Shown here piece by piece: positions 25,461-38,865 of a DNA stretch of 64,000 bases; positions within the stretch are counted from its first letter, which is position 1, and each line of letters starts with the position of its first letter. Source of the DNA: Phoronis australis. Lineage: Eukaryota; Animalia; Phoronida. The position numbers and the translations under genes are program-made. Below the pieces are notes generated by a model that saw only the letters and a program-made list of their open reading frames with translations, was not told the DNA's origin and ran no database searches. The stretch is taken from positions 1,419 through 65,418 of the forward strand of contig NMRA01001040.1 of NCBI GenBank assembly GCA_002633005.1. The letters run 5' to 3'.

Positions 25461-27164
25461 TAAGTTCGTCCCTGTTAAGGAAAAATCCGCATCTTGACTT
25501 GACTGAAATTTCACGATCACGGCAAAGTTGTACTGGTAAATCTGAAGCAATAATATACTGTTTGAAGTTATGCTTAAGCGATACAAATGGATGCGTGAAG
25601 TTTACGACGAGTTTGTTCCACTTGAGACTATTCAGTATCGGATTCTTTGTATGCCCCGGATATGACTAAAGCTGTCTGGAGTACTGTAGCACAGAAGTCT
25701 TGAAAAAGAGTTTCAAGATGACGAGAAGCAATTTTTATTGGATTAATTAACTTTTGTAACTTTTGAACAAGTTCAGGACAGCGAGGTGTGAATGTGACCA
25801 TTTCGTCCAATAGTTCACCAATTAATGTGCATGCGAGAGATTTGGGGCATATTTTCCCCGTCGAGTGATTTGTGTGCTACGTCTGTGTTGACAGATTTGG
25901 AAAGTGTTAAATTAACAAGTTTTTCAGATTTAAATTTCCTCCTACATTTATTACAACAGTCACAGACTTTTTCCAGCGTGTCAGATTGCAATTGAAGGGA
26001 TAATCTTTTGAGAATGGACAGAAAATTGCTGTAATACTGATCAGCGTATAAGAAGCCGGGTTAAGAGTTTATAAAGTCTGGAAGATCGTTAACGCGGAGT
26101 GGGGCGATAGTTAATTGAGTCAATTTTTGAGTCATTCTTGAAAACATAAGAAATATCTCCTGATATGTTGTCACAGGGACCGGTTGCATTTTTTCAGTTG
26201 TTTTGATCATTTTATTAGTTATTAGGTCGGTTCCGTCGTTTTTGTGTTCATCCATATTTTCTAATAGTTTCCTGACCTCCTAGGGAAAGGCTTGTAGTGC
26301 CTAGCAGTTTAGGGCTGTAAACCTAGAAACAGCTTCCGTATACACTAAAGCATGACGTTAAACTAAGAAATCACAACGGCACTCGCACAGATTCTCCATG
26401 ATAGTTTTTTAAAGTCAATAATGCTCAAGGCTGCCGCAGATAATATAGGAGGGGCGTTCCACATTGGTATTTCAAGGCGTCATAAAGATAGAAATTTCAT
26501 CAAAAACTTATTTCTTCACAAGAAGTAACGTTACAAATAGTGACACTCGATGCATGAGGTGTGTGTGTACATTAAATAGGAGGTATTCGAACACATTTTT
26601 GAGATTAATTATTATGCCACTAAAGAAAGCAGACGCTAGAAAATAACAGTATCCATAACAAAGAGATTATGTTATTTGGAATGCCGGGTTGTCAACATTC
26701 TAGATGACTGAAGAAAAACGCGACAAGCCAGTGGATTGAAAAGCTGGATATCCGAATAAAAAGTGGGACATCTTCGCCCTATGCTATGCTGAAATGGTCG
26801 TGGCAAGGCACATAAACGTCTCTACAGCGCTAGTGTCGCACAGGAAATTCACGGCTAGCACCCCGTCATTCAACTAGTACCCGGGCCAAAATGGGTGGCG
26901 CGATAGGCACCCATGATATGTAGTCGAACTGTAAAATAGAGCTATGTGGTGTGGGAAATCACAGCAGTATATGATGATATGTCAAATTCGCCTTGTGTCA
27001 AAGAGTGGGGCACTTTGTTATGGGATCATGGCGGAAAATCGATTCGTGGGTTTACATTCAGTTGGCGGTCACTAGTGACCGACAAACTGAAAGAGCAACT
27101 AAGCCGAGCACTGGATTCTTTAATATGGTAAAGTGGTCATGTTATTGTACGAGTATCGGTTTAT

Positions 27165-27502
27165 TACGGTGGCCCGAAAGTATCATTGCTATTTTAGTTT
27201 ATTAATTTGTTTATTTTTCCTTTTCCACCTAGAAGGAAATATTTCAACCCGTGGAAATTGTTTTCAACTAGGTGGAAATTGTTTTCACCTGGGTGGAAAT
27301 TATTTTCACCTGGGTGGAAACTATTTTCACCTGGGTGGAAACTATTTTCACCCGGGTGAAAATAATTTCCACCTAGGTTGAAATAGTTTCCAACCAGCTG
27401 AAAATAGTTTCCTCCTAGGTTGAATTATTTCCACCTAGGTGGAAAATGAAAAATGAAAAAATATTTAAACAAAAGTAGCGATGATACTTTCGGGCCACCG
27501 TA
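27165..27502. mobile_element. IS3EU-like non-autonomous DNA transposon (338 bp) with internal 21-bp repeats
   Basis: TIR TACGGTGGCCCGAAAGTATCAT / ATGATACTTTCGGGCCACCGTA; 6-bp TSD GTTTAT at 27159-27164 and 27503-27508; ~9 GGTGGAAATTATTTTCACCTG-type units inside. Confidence 0.8.
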
Positions 27503-27594
27503 GTTTATAGATAACATTATTACTAAAAAATTGAATTAACATTGCACAGTTCCATTTTTATAGGTCTGCAGTCTATGCGGCCGTCAAGCACCGC

Positions 27595-27651
27595 CGGTAA
27601 TTTCCCCTTATGTGAGCGTGACGTCACGTCAGGGATTCCCTAAAAATGGCG
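27595..27651 (+). promoter_or_regulatory. TSNAX proximal promoter: CRE palindrome, kB-like sites, YY1/Kozak-like AAAATGGCG
   Basis: CGTGACGTCACG 27617-27628, GGTAATTTCCCC and GGGATTCCC either side, AAAATGGCG overlapping ATG 27646; local CpG enrichment. Confidence 0.55.
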
Positions 27652-30600
27652 ACACGAGGTGAGCGTTGTATACGCGAGCAGTTTTTTCCAGTTGATCGTT
27701 ACATCGTGAAAACGAATCTGATCTCTCTTCATCATGCTTATGACACAAATGTTGAGTTTCACATTTTCAGCTATGTCTCACTTAATGCCTTTTCCTTGGG
27801 TCAGCTTTGAAGTTTGTCGGTCGCTCAGATTCTGCTCGAAGCCTGTGACCACCGGCGTCTGACTAGTCTATCTGGCCCCTGTCTACTAGCAGGGTCAGCT
27901 AGATACTGTGGTCACTGTGTAGCCGAATCCAGCACACCACGGACCTGACGGAGGATTAAAGATTAGACCACCGGCAGTGGCAGAAAACCGAATAGAATAC
28001 CCCAAAATTGAGCTGGGTCAAACATTCAAGCTACCACAAAAATATATTCCGTGATTCAGTGTGTTACATGTTTAGATTTTGATAGTAGAAATTTCTTAAT
28101 TTCTACACTCCAGGAGAATAGTAGGTAATGTCATAGCAGTCCCTCGTCCTCTTGTCACTGAGCTGTTTTGTTTTTTCATGTCCGCATCTGTTTCAGTTCT
28201 AAATACCTTGCAGGAAGTGTGTGAAATTTAGCAAACTTGTATTTGAATGTTCAAGTATCCTCCTGAGGGCAATTTGAGCTTTTATGTTATCTTTGTAGCT
28301 TTTGGCATCCACTTCTGTTTTGGCCATAAAGCTCTAAGGATTATTATGGATATTGAAAATTATGTCTGATGATTTTCGCACAGGTTTGATTGCTGTGGCA
28401 CCCTCCAGTAGCAATTTTTTTTTGGCCTGTGACTTGTAATGTACCAAGTTTGTTCATTTGTCTTCATAAAATTTGCATGTGTTTTTACTGTGGAGGCTTC
28501 AAATGGCATGGATTTTTCAACAAATTTAACTACTACGAAGTCCCTTATTGGCATTTTGTTTTTCTTTGTATGCCTATCAAGTTTCTTGATGGATCTTCAT
28601 GAAATTTTACTGATAATGCACTGCTACGCTGACATCAACACCTGCCCTGTTTCAGACGAATTTGACCTATGTTGTGCCCAGTGGTCTTTTAATTGTTTTT
28701 GTCATCCACTTTCCTATCATCCAAACTGCTTGAATCATGATGAAAGGTGGCAGGTCTGTTCTTACTGAGGAGAGCATTGCTACCTTGCTTAGAGTCACCT
28801 CCTTGAGGCAAATTTATTAGCATTGCTCTGTTTTAAACTAGTGATCAACCTTTGTGTATGCATTGTATGGGATGTATACGGTGAGTACATATCAACACTT
28901 TGTATTATGATGAGAACCACTCCTTGCACTGAATATGGTCATGCCTGTCATTCAGTGGATTGAAGTAACTGGTTCTCAATGACTTTCAGTTATTTTAGGC
29001 AACAGGATTGCTCTGGTAATTAATGTTGTATTAAATCTCTGTCACAAAAAATAACTTGCAGTGAAAAAGTTGATCTCAAATACATGTCCCTAAAGTTGAC
29101 CTTAAATACGTGNTCACTGTGTAGCCGAATCCAGCACACCACGGACACGGACCTGACGGAGGATTAAAGATTAGACCACCGGCAGTGGCAGAAAACCGAA
29201 TAGAATACCCCAAAATTGATCTGGGTCAAACATTCAAGCTACCACAAAAATATATTCCGTGATTCAGTGTGTTACATGTTTAGATTTTGATAGTAGAAAT
29301 TTCTTAATTTTTACCCTCCAGGAGAATGGTAGGTAATGTCATAGCAGTCCCTCGTTCTCTTGTCACTGAGCTGTTTTGTTTTTTCATGTCCGTATCTGTT
29401 TCAGTTCTAAATACCTTGCGAGAAGTGTGTGAAATTTAGCAAACTTGTATTTTAATGAACTTGACAATGAATGTTCAAGTATCCTCCTGAGGGCAATTTG
29501 AGCTTTTATGTTATCTTTAGCTTTTGGCATCCACTTCTGTTTTGGCCATAAAGCTCTAAGGATTATTATGGATATTGAAAATTATGTCTGATGATTTTCG
29601 CACAGGTTTGATCGCTGTGGCACCCTCCAGTAGCAATTTTTTTTTGGCCTGTGACTTGTAATGTACCAAGTTTGTTCATTTGTCTTCATAAAATTTGCAT
29701 GTGTTTTTACTGAGGAGGCTTCAAATGGCATGGATTTTTCAACAAATTTAAGTACTACGAAGTCCCTTATTGGCATTTTGTTTTTCTTTGTATGCCTATC
29801 AAGTTTCTTGATGGATCTTCATGAAATTTTACTGATAATGCACTGCTACGCTGACATCAACACCTGCCCTGTTTCAGACGAATTTGACCTATGTTGTGCC
29901 CAGTGGTCTTTTAATTGTTTTTGTCATCCACTTTCCTATCATCCAAACTGCTTGAATCATGATGAAAGGTGGCAGGTCTGTTCTTACTGAGGAGAGCATT
30001 GCTACCTTGCTTAGAGTCACCTCCCTGAGGCAAATTTATTAGTATTGCTCTGTTCTAGTGATCAACCTTTGTGTATGCATTGTATGGGATGTATACGGTG
30101 AGTACATATCAACACTTTGTATTGTGATGAGAACCACTCCTTGCACTGAATATGGTCATGCCTGTCATTCAGTGGATTGAAGTAACTGGTTCTCAATGAC
30201 TTTCAGTTATTTTAGGCAACAGGATTGCTCTGGTAATTAATGTTGTATTAAATCTCTGTCACAAAAAATAACTTGCAGTGAAAAAGTTGATCTCAAATAC
30301 ATGTCCCTAAAGTTGACCTTAAATACGTGTCCCTAAAGTTAGTTGGAGGCAGTTTCAGGGTTTTGAAAGAACTGACAGTTTGTCGTTGTAGGAGATAAGT
30401 TGACCAATACGATTTCAGATTTTGTTTGAAATTCCAAGTAGCCGCACATCCGAGCACGTGCTCAAAATATATGACAGGAGTCTGAATTGTTCAGCAAAAC
30501 TGGGATGGGACAATACGTCTTGAGCAAGTACATTTCTTTTAGATAGGAGGTAAGCCGTTGTGCAATCGGGACCAAGGTGGAAATTGTCTATTACAGAGCA

Positions 30601-33416
30601 CGATATACTCCTACTTTTCCATTTGACTAAAAAATGAAAAGGCAGCATGGCCGATTTCAGGTATTCCGGTGGACATTTACTCAGTTTCCCGTTCTTCTAT
30701 TTGGATATCCCATGTTTTCATATTTGACCATTACCAGCTATGCATCGTTAGTGTTAATCATGACTTTGATTCCCCGTAAACTGGGTTTGCTGGTTTTGGC
30801 GACCTAATTTTCTGTAGTGTCCATCTAGGAATTTTTCCTGGTCACATTTATTGAGTTGACATGCTGAGTGTCGATCCCTGAAAGTGCTTAAATATTAACA
30901 ACATCTTGCCAATGAGAAATTATGCTTTTGACATGTCTGAACACCAGTTTTTTGATACAAGTCCACTTAAAGCCGGTCTGTATCCTTTGTTTCACTCTTA
31001 AGATGTAAACCTTTGCAATTAATTTGTTTTAAATGCTTACTTTCAATATCACTGCAGGTAAGAGAGGGTCAAAAGATCATTACCGAAAACAGGGCCCACC
31101 GTCAAAGACGCAACGCGCTGACTGTGACCAGAGTGTTGACCTTTCATCGCCAACAATTCAGGCATTTCTGAATCATCGTCAGCTGCTAGATAACCGCCAT
31201 GATAAGTACGAAAGACTTGTCAAGCTTAGTCGGGACATCACAGTGTCTAGTAAACGTGCCATTTTTCTTCTGCATAGAGCCTTAGGGTATGTATTAGTAG
31301 TTGTACTGCGGTTAAAATTATTGTTGACTAAAGTTACAGTAGCACTACTCTGCTCTCATTTACTAGACAAAGTGTTGTAGTTTTAATGCTAATAGTCAAG
31401 GGATAATCTAATCGAGCATTATGATATGACTGAAGACATATGTAATACAAATGCCACACTCGGTGTTTTGTTGAGTTTGAAGGGCGCAGCAGGTGCACGC
31501 AATACAGGGTAGCACAACAACGCAGAGTTTAGAGCGACTTCAGAGGGACTCCAAATGGCGAACGTCACACGTTTTGTGGATACCAGGATATGACGCTTAT
31601 CACCTGTGTCAGGCCATGGGGTTGGAGAAATGGACTTTTGGGGTTGGAGAAATGGACTTTTGGGGTTGGAGAAATGGACTTTTGGGGTTGGAGAAATGGA
31701 CTTTTGGGGTTGGAGAAATGGACTTTTGGGGTTGGAGAAATGGACTTTTTTCAAAATGTTTGAAGTTGTATACATGTGGTGTTTTAGTCGTCCCGAAGTG
31801 ATTAATTATATAATTCCATTTAATATATTGATATATTGACTGTGAAATGCCTGTAAATAAGATCAAATTTTTAACCATTTTGCCAGGAAGCCAGTGCTGA
31901 GAATGGATTTTCTGTGACATAGTGATATTCCGTGACAAAACGTGCTTGCCTGAAATTCTGTGACATTTTGAGAATTCTGTGTCAAAATGTAAGCTAAGAG
32001 GGCTGTTAGTGTCTTGTTGGGTTTACAGTTATTTTATGCTGCATCAAGTGGTGGTTCCTTTTTTCACATAATGTAAACTCATTGTTATCACATTATTACA
32101 CATATGTAACAAAAGCAAAGTTGATGTGACATATACGTACAAAATGCACCAAAAAATCTGTGACGATTGAGACTTACCTGTGACACAATTTGGGGATGTG
32201 ACGTATTGTTGCCATTAAACATGAATTCAAATTCTCTGCCAGTGCTAAGGGTAGAAAATACTTTGAAAAGATTGTTTGGGGGTCCCTTTTCCATGGACAA
32301 GGAATAAAATTTGAGGATTCTGCTACAAGACTACCTAATACTCTCAAAATCCCTGAAAATCAGTTTGCAATTTAATTCTGGAGATCCCATCTAAACTTGG
32401 ATTTGTTTTCTCTTTGAGTCAATCCTTTTCCCAGATTTCAATAGACTTCGATATTATTTCTAAAGATTGTATAATATTTTAGGGATGAAAAAGAGGCAAT
32501 ACTGAGTGAAGCCCATGTTAAACTGAAGGAAATTCAAGAGGTGTTGTTCAGAAGGATAGCCATGGAGTTAGAAGGAGAGGATCCTCACCAGTTCACACGG
32601 GCCTACTCTCCTGGTGAGATAGTGTTTGTTCACATGGTGTGCGAACTATATGATGTCAAAAACAAATTCTTGGGTGAAGTTGGTTCTGAAATATCACAGT
32701 AAAATATGTTCACATTATTATGTACGGGTTTTTTGCACATTTTAGCGCAAATCTGGAAAGGTGGGGCCATGACTGTACTGATAGTTTGTAGTCGCCCTTC
32801 CTTAGAGGGGCAGTGTTATGGTATAATCCTGGTGTCCATCTTCCATCTGCTCTAACCTTGTCACTGCTCTAGCTCTCATAATTCTTATTGGATTTTAATT
32901 GAATAAGTCTTGTGCCTGTATATTACAAACACTTCAGTACTTTCTGATAAAAATTAATCCATTTATTGGCTTTTTGTGTTGAAGCCTGTCATCGATCTAA
33001 CACTTTGTAATTTTGATTGGATTTGATCAAATTTGGCCTGTACCTGTGGAATACTGACAAGTTGAACCCTTTCTAAATTCAATTCATTTTTACAAAAACT
33101 ATGCCCTTTATTGGTTGTTTGTGTTTTAGCTTGTCATCGCTCTTGCTTCTGCAATTTTGATTAGATTTTGCTGAATTTGGCTCATGCCTGTGTATTAACG
33201 ATAGCTCATATTCTTTCTAAATTCAATATTTTTAGATAAAAATTACTCTCTTTATTGGCATTTTGTGTTGTCCTTTCTGCAGTTTTGTTTAATTACTTAC
33301 AACTGTGCTGTGCGTTCACCCATTAGTTATGTAACAGCACATGATTCTCAACAGCCTGGTCTTGGCATGCTGCACATTTGTTTATTTTGGCCTTGTGGGA
33401 GTTACTTGTTAATGGG

Positions 33417-33451
<35 letters not shown>

Positions 33452-35668
33452 CGCGCGCGCGCGTGTTGTTTAAACAGGTCTATGTTGAACACATTTTTTT
33501 CAATTCAAAATTCCTTATAAACTAAGCATGATTACATTGTTGTTATCATTCTTCTATGGTGAACATTTACAATATTTTGTGAACTTCTTACTTGAATGTG
33601 TGTATAGGATGTGGGTGTGGTTATTGTCAATTATTATGGTTATTATTGTATGGGTTATTTAGTGCAATGTTCTTACTTTGTTGGAAATTTTTGTTTATTG
33701 CATACCTTTTTCTTTTTTACTGACATGTGTACCTTGAGAATGGGTGTATTGTGCAGGTATATTTGTATGCTTACGTCTTGTACACATGTAACTTAACTGT
33801 CACTCACAATGATAATGTGCACTCCAATGGGCGTACTCTCAACCTGCATTTGGGGGTGGGCATGTGCCTTGTTTCTTAATGCCCTTCTTGGAAAGTCTTA
33901 ATTATTGTACCGTTGTGGTAATAAATAATTTTTGGGACGTTTATGATTTAGAATAAAAATGTGACAGCGTTTTTGAGATTGCTTTAGATTGGTCGGATGT
34001 TCCAGTTAACGACAGATTGTTCAAAATTAAATTCTACAGAAATAAGCGCTTTTATCAAGATAAATTGTATAGTTCTGCAGGTATTTTACTAAATGTTGAC
34101 GTGCTTAGAGAAGGATGCTTGATCATGACCTTAATGAACGTTTTTGTTTGTTTTGTGCAAATTGTGAGTTAAAGATCACGAAATACTGAAAAACATTGTT
34201 GTAACAATGGTGGTATCATAGTGATAATTGCAGGTACGATGTGTGATGTGACGGTGTGGCATTCCTGCCTTTAGTCATTTAGATGAAGCCAGTTTCAATA
34301 AATGACTTATTTAGATGAAGCCAGTTTCAATAAATGACTTTTTGACACTCTAATCTTTTATTTTGAATAGTGACATTGTTCTGAAATAACATATAACATT
34401 TTTTGTTTAGCTAAAAAGTAAGAAGCATTTTCACTGTCTTTTAACGTTTTAGCAGATGCAAATTTATTTTTCCTTGAAACAATAGTTTCTGTGCAAGATT
34501 TAAACAAATGCGTGTTGAAGGAAGAATTAACTTTTTTGCCAGATTTCATGTAACATTGTTTGTGTTTCCACAGGACTACAGGAGTACATTGAAGCTTTGT
34601 CATTTTGCAAATACATGGAGTCGGAGCAGCTGATTGAACTTGCTGATGTTGAAAAGGATTTGGTCTTCCAACAGGTAAAATCCACAGATTATTCAGGCCA
34701 CAGTACAGTTGAGTTCTGGGCATTTTAGTCTACACTCTATGAGAATGACATGTAAATGTCTCCATTGTATCCAAACACAAACTATTTTATAGCATTTGTT
34801 GAAGCAGAAGTGTCTAATTCACCAAAAACACCAGTAACTGACCAATCTTTACAACATGTAGACTGAAATGTCTGGAATGGAGTTCAACTGGTCTCCTAGT
34901 AACGTGTTTGTATGTTTCTATAACTTCTCTACAGTTAAGGGAATTTTTAAGGTTGATCATATGACTGTACATTAGTAAGTTCTTATGAATGATCCGTTTC
35001 ATTGCTGACCTGTTTTAAGGTCACAACATGCAGGCCTCTGTCATTGCAATTATGTGCAAAAGTTGACCATAGATGATTGTACCTCTATTAAAATGTTTGG
35101 TGTCAAATGAGAGATGTAAGTGTGGTGCTGAATTATTAGATTTGTATTTGATATTTGAGTTACAATTTTTGCACAGAAAGAGGAAACCGATGGCAATGAA
35201 CAGAGCTCAGAAACAGCTGAAGCAAAGTCTCCAGATGATGCCAACACAGACAATGGTGGCAAATCACCTGATAAATCCTATCATCAACAAAAAGAACATC
35301 AACAACAAGAACAAGAGAGGACAATCAAAGTGTTCGTATCTCCCCTTGATTATGTACTTGGACTGGCTGACTTAACGGGAGAACTTATGAGACTTGCCAT
35401 CACTAGTATCGGTAAAGGGAACACACAGTTGCCATTCAAAGTGTGCCAGTTCATAAGGCAGTTGCATAATGCATTTGTCTCCCTGGGTTACGTGAACAAA
35501 GAGTTGCCACGGAAAGTTCATGTTCTTAAACAAAGCCTGAAAAAAGTTGAGAATGCCTGCTATACTATTCAAGTGAGAGGGTCAGAGTTTCCAAAGTCAA
35601 TGCTACTAAATTTGATAAGTATTGGTGACCTAGACAGAGATTCTTCTGCTGCAGACGAGACTTTGTAG
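27646..35668 (+). CDS. TSNAX: Translin-associated protein X (TRAX), 321 aa; exons 27646-27658, 31058-31286, 32483-32613, 34574-34674, 35177-35668
   Basis: [82 protein letters not shown]: TRAX signature motifs incl. catalytic acidic residues; phases consistent. Confidence 0.95.
27912..30329. repeat. ~1.2-kb near-identical tandem duplication separated by a single N (29113); probable uncollapsed haplotype overlap
   Basis: 27912-29112 vs 29114-30329 differ only by scattered SNPs and small indels. Confidence 0.85.
31618..31750. repeat. 22-bp minisatellite x6 (GGGGTTGGAGAAATGGACTTTT)
   Basis: Exact tandem copies; source of repetitive spurious ORFs. Confidence 0.92.
33418..33466. repeat. (TG)n/(CG)n microsatellite
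   Basis: Seen directly. Confidence 0.9.
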
Positions 35669-37892
35669 TGTTCTTGTCTTTGTGAGGAAATTTTATGGAG
35701 CTTATAATGGAGTCATTTGAAGAAAGTGCAGAGGTATTCCTTACTTGGCAGTGGTCTGTTTGGGTTTGATAATACTTTTCTTTTGTATTTTAAAATGGCC
35801 CGATACATTTTGCGTAGCTTAGTTTGGAACCAACGTCTGTATCATTTTCCCCAGTGGATCAACTTTCAATAGTTACAACTTAACATGTGACTTCTGTGTC
35901 TTGAAGCCCCAATAAACCATCTTATGGTTCCCACTTATTACTCTAAAATTGTTAAATTGGTTACTATGGTTATAAATAGAATAGTTGCTGGAATGCCATA
36001 CACTTACTGATGGTTAAAATAGTACAAGTAAAACAACGTGGAGAATATTTTAGTACGAACTCTCATCGTTTTACTATTACTAATGGTTGTGATTTGTATA
36101 GTACGTGGGAAAATTATCCATTTATTCTGACCAGTGAGCCATGTTTATAAGTGAGGATCAATGTTCACTAATGCAGTTACGGATTTATGGGATTTTGTTA
36201 TTCTTAACTCAGTTCCGATTTCATTTAATCAAGTCTGAACATGGTATATAGAGAAAATATTCCTAATTCACAAATAACCAGGGCTTTAAGTAACGGTAAA
36301 CGTACCTTCCGTAACAAAAAAGCATTTTTGATTTTGGCAACGCACTCTTTTGATATTGGTCTCAAATTGTCACTCATTCAAATTGGAGATGATTTCAGGG
36401 TTTCGCAAGAACTGAATGAATGCAGGCTTATATCCTCCTTTAACTGTTTCACAAATCAATGGACCAAAATGCTTTATAGTAAAAACATTTTGCCTCAACC
36501 TCTTAATTTACTATGGCAATGCATAGGTTAGATTGGTAACAAGATGCCAAACATCATGATATAATAAAAATTTGGTCTGTATTGTTGTTTTGGTACCTGT
36601 ACCATTGACAGTCCTGTGAATATGAGATATGGCAGAATGTCCTTAATTTGGATAGTCTGTTAAAATTCATGGAACCAAAAATACTAAACAAAGTAGACTT
36701 TATTTTTATTACGCATAACAATTCACAGAAAACATCAAAAAATATCCTGTACCATGTATATAAGAATATAAAAGAACATCTATGTGTAAATATCAAATTG
36801 GAATAAATGACATAATATGACGTTCATAGTCAGCCAATTACAAAACCTTTACAACAAAGTTATCAACGGAACAACCAAAACAATAATACTTCTAAAAGAT
36901 AAATCTCAACATCACAGCATTTGCACGCTAAAGACAACAACACATACTAAACCAATTTAAAGCCTTTTTACCAGACTTGCATTTTCGTCAACTACTAGAA
37001 GAAACTAATTAGTTAAGCTGATGAAATGTTAACAAAATATTACGTGAGAAAGAAGCCTGGTGAATTGGATTAAATATTCAAATTCAAGCTAAAATCACAA
37101 AAATTTGGAAGATTATAAAGTCTGTGTTTGGCATCACCGTTTTAATCGCCTTTTTGTTGCTTGTACATGGTCAAAATGTGACATTCCTTGTTCACTACAA
37201 TTCAACCTCATTATATCGTACATCAAGGGACCTATGGAACCTGTGAATTACGATGAAAGTTCAGTGGTACCAGATTAGACGTTTTTAGGCCAAATGAATC
37301 TGGAGAGACTAGCCCTAAACGCCATAAGCCTTCAGAAATGCTGTGCCCTGATACGGGCTTTGATGCAGTGTTTTTGATACAATTATATTTTGTCTTGTTG
37401 TAAATACCAGTTTTAAGTGATTTTGCAAACTTGGTCAGTTTTATATTTTGCATGCATGCTTTTCTGGTATTTGTTCATTGCAAGCATAACTGAAGATCAT
37501 TTTGGACTATAAATTTTGAACAATGATGAACTTGTTGAAAAGGTCGACTTTGTAAATGATTGGGATTAGTACCAAAAAGGTAAAATCAGGACTTAAAACT
37601 TTGCACATGATATCACTATCAACTTTCTAAACAAGGTACGATTATATAATGAGGTTTGACTGTATTTCCGCTTTGAGGAAATGACTATGTTTCCCTAAAA
37701 GATGATTGTCTAAGTATTACTTGAGCAAAACTTAGGGAAGAAATTATAGAGTAAACAATCTGTAGACTAATACTTTTTTCAAATCCACATGAAATACATC
37801 TGGAAGGGGTCTGTATATTAGCTATGAGCAAATTATTTTGTTTCAATATCACAGAAGTTCAGAAGGAAACTCATTGGGTGAACATGGGCCTT

Positions 37893-38105
37893 CGATACAA
37901 GACCACTAGCGCCCTCTAATATAGGAGCACTAGCTACCTCTAATACAAGACCACTGGTGCCTTCTAATAATAGGATCATTAGCGACCTCTAATACAGAAC
38001 CACAAGTGCCTTCTAATATGGGACCACTAGTGCCCTCTATGAGCACTGGTGACCTCTAAGACAGGACCGCCAGCACACTGTTACAGGACCACTAGTGACC
38101 TCTAT
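37893..38105. repeat. Degenerate ~24-bp tandem repeat (TAATACAGGACCACTAGTGCCCTC-like)
   Basis: About 8-9 diverged units. Confidence 0.75.
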
Positions 38106-38865
38106 GACAATGGTGCAATTTATTGAGACAGGCGCGAAATTCACTATCCAAGCACCCACAGGCTGTATAAAATTGTTAAAGCTCTTTACCGTTTTCCCCT
38201 CACTTGTACCTACTAGAAAAAACCTCTTGACTACATTTTTATACTTTACTCATGGTAGTCCAAAGTTATTAGTTGAAATTTGTCCATTTTTAGTCCTGAG
38301 TGACTTCTACTTACAAGAAAGCTACCTCTTGACTATATTTATTTACACTTTACTTGAAATTTGCCCATTTTAGTCCTGTGTAGACGTTATGTGGATAATT
38401 TTTTTCTACCAAAATTGAACTGTGGTGTTTTATTTAAGTTCCTACCTACTCTACACGCTGATGCCAACTGCTCACCAGAAAGACAAAATAGTGAGTACTG
38501 AGTCATTCTTTAAATGTGGCACAGTCCTAACTATTCCTTACCTGAAGACAAGACTCTGGAAGTTATTTGATGTATGCCACCAGCTATGGGTAAGTCTTTG
38601 GCAAACAAAATGTCTGAAGACAAGGCACTACCTGTAAAATGACTGGTGAACCAACAAGCTCAAGAACTTGTAAAAAATTCAACATTGTACATAAATGAAT
38701 AGGCAATAGCCTTCATAATGAGAAAATGCCAAGTTTGTGTCACCTCACCATGCCACCGTATTTTTGTGGGAATTTACATTTCTCAAGTCTGGCAAAGGAT
38801 GATTCCCTACTAGTGTAGAAACCATGTCTTAGAACCAGTTGGCAGGTCACACAACATAAGTAACA

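Noticed and set aside
27912-30329. Apparent 1.2-kb tandem duplication giving twin 109-aa ORFs (28439, 29661)
   Set aside because: Copies meet at a single N and differ at allele-like levels; most likely uncollapsed haplotypes. The ORFs are intronic with no recognisable motifs.
31419-31938. Overlapping repetitive ORFs ([12 protein letters not shown]..., [11 protein letters not shown]...)
   Set aside because: Translations of a 22-bp minisatellite inside a TSNAX intron.
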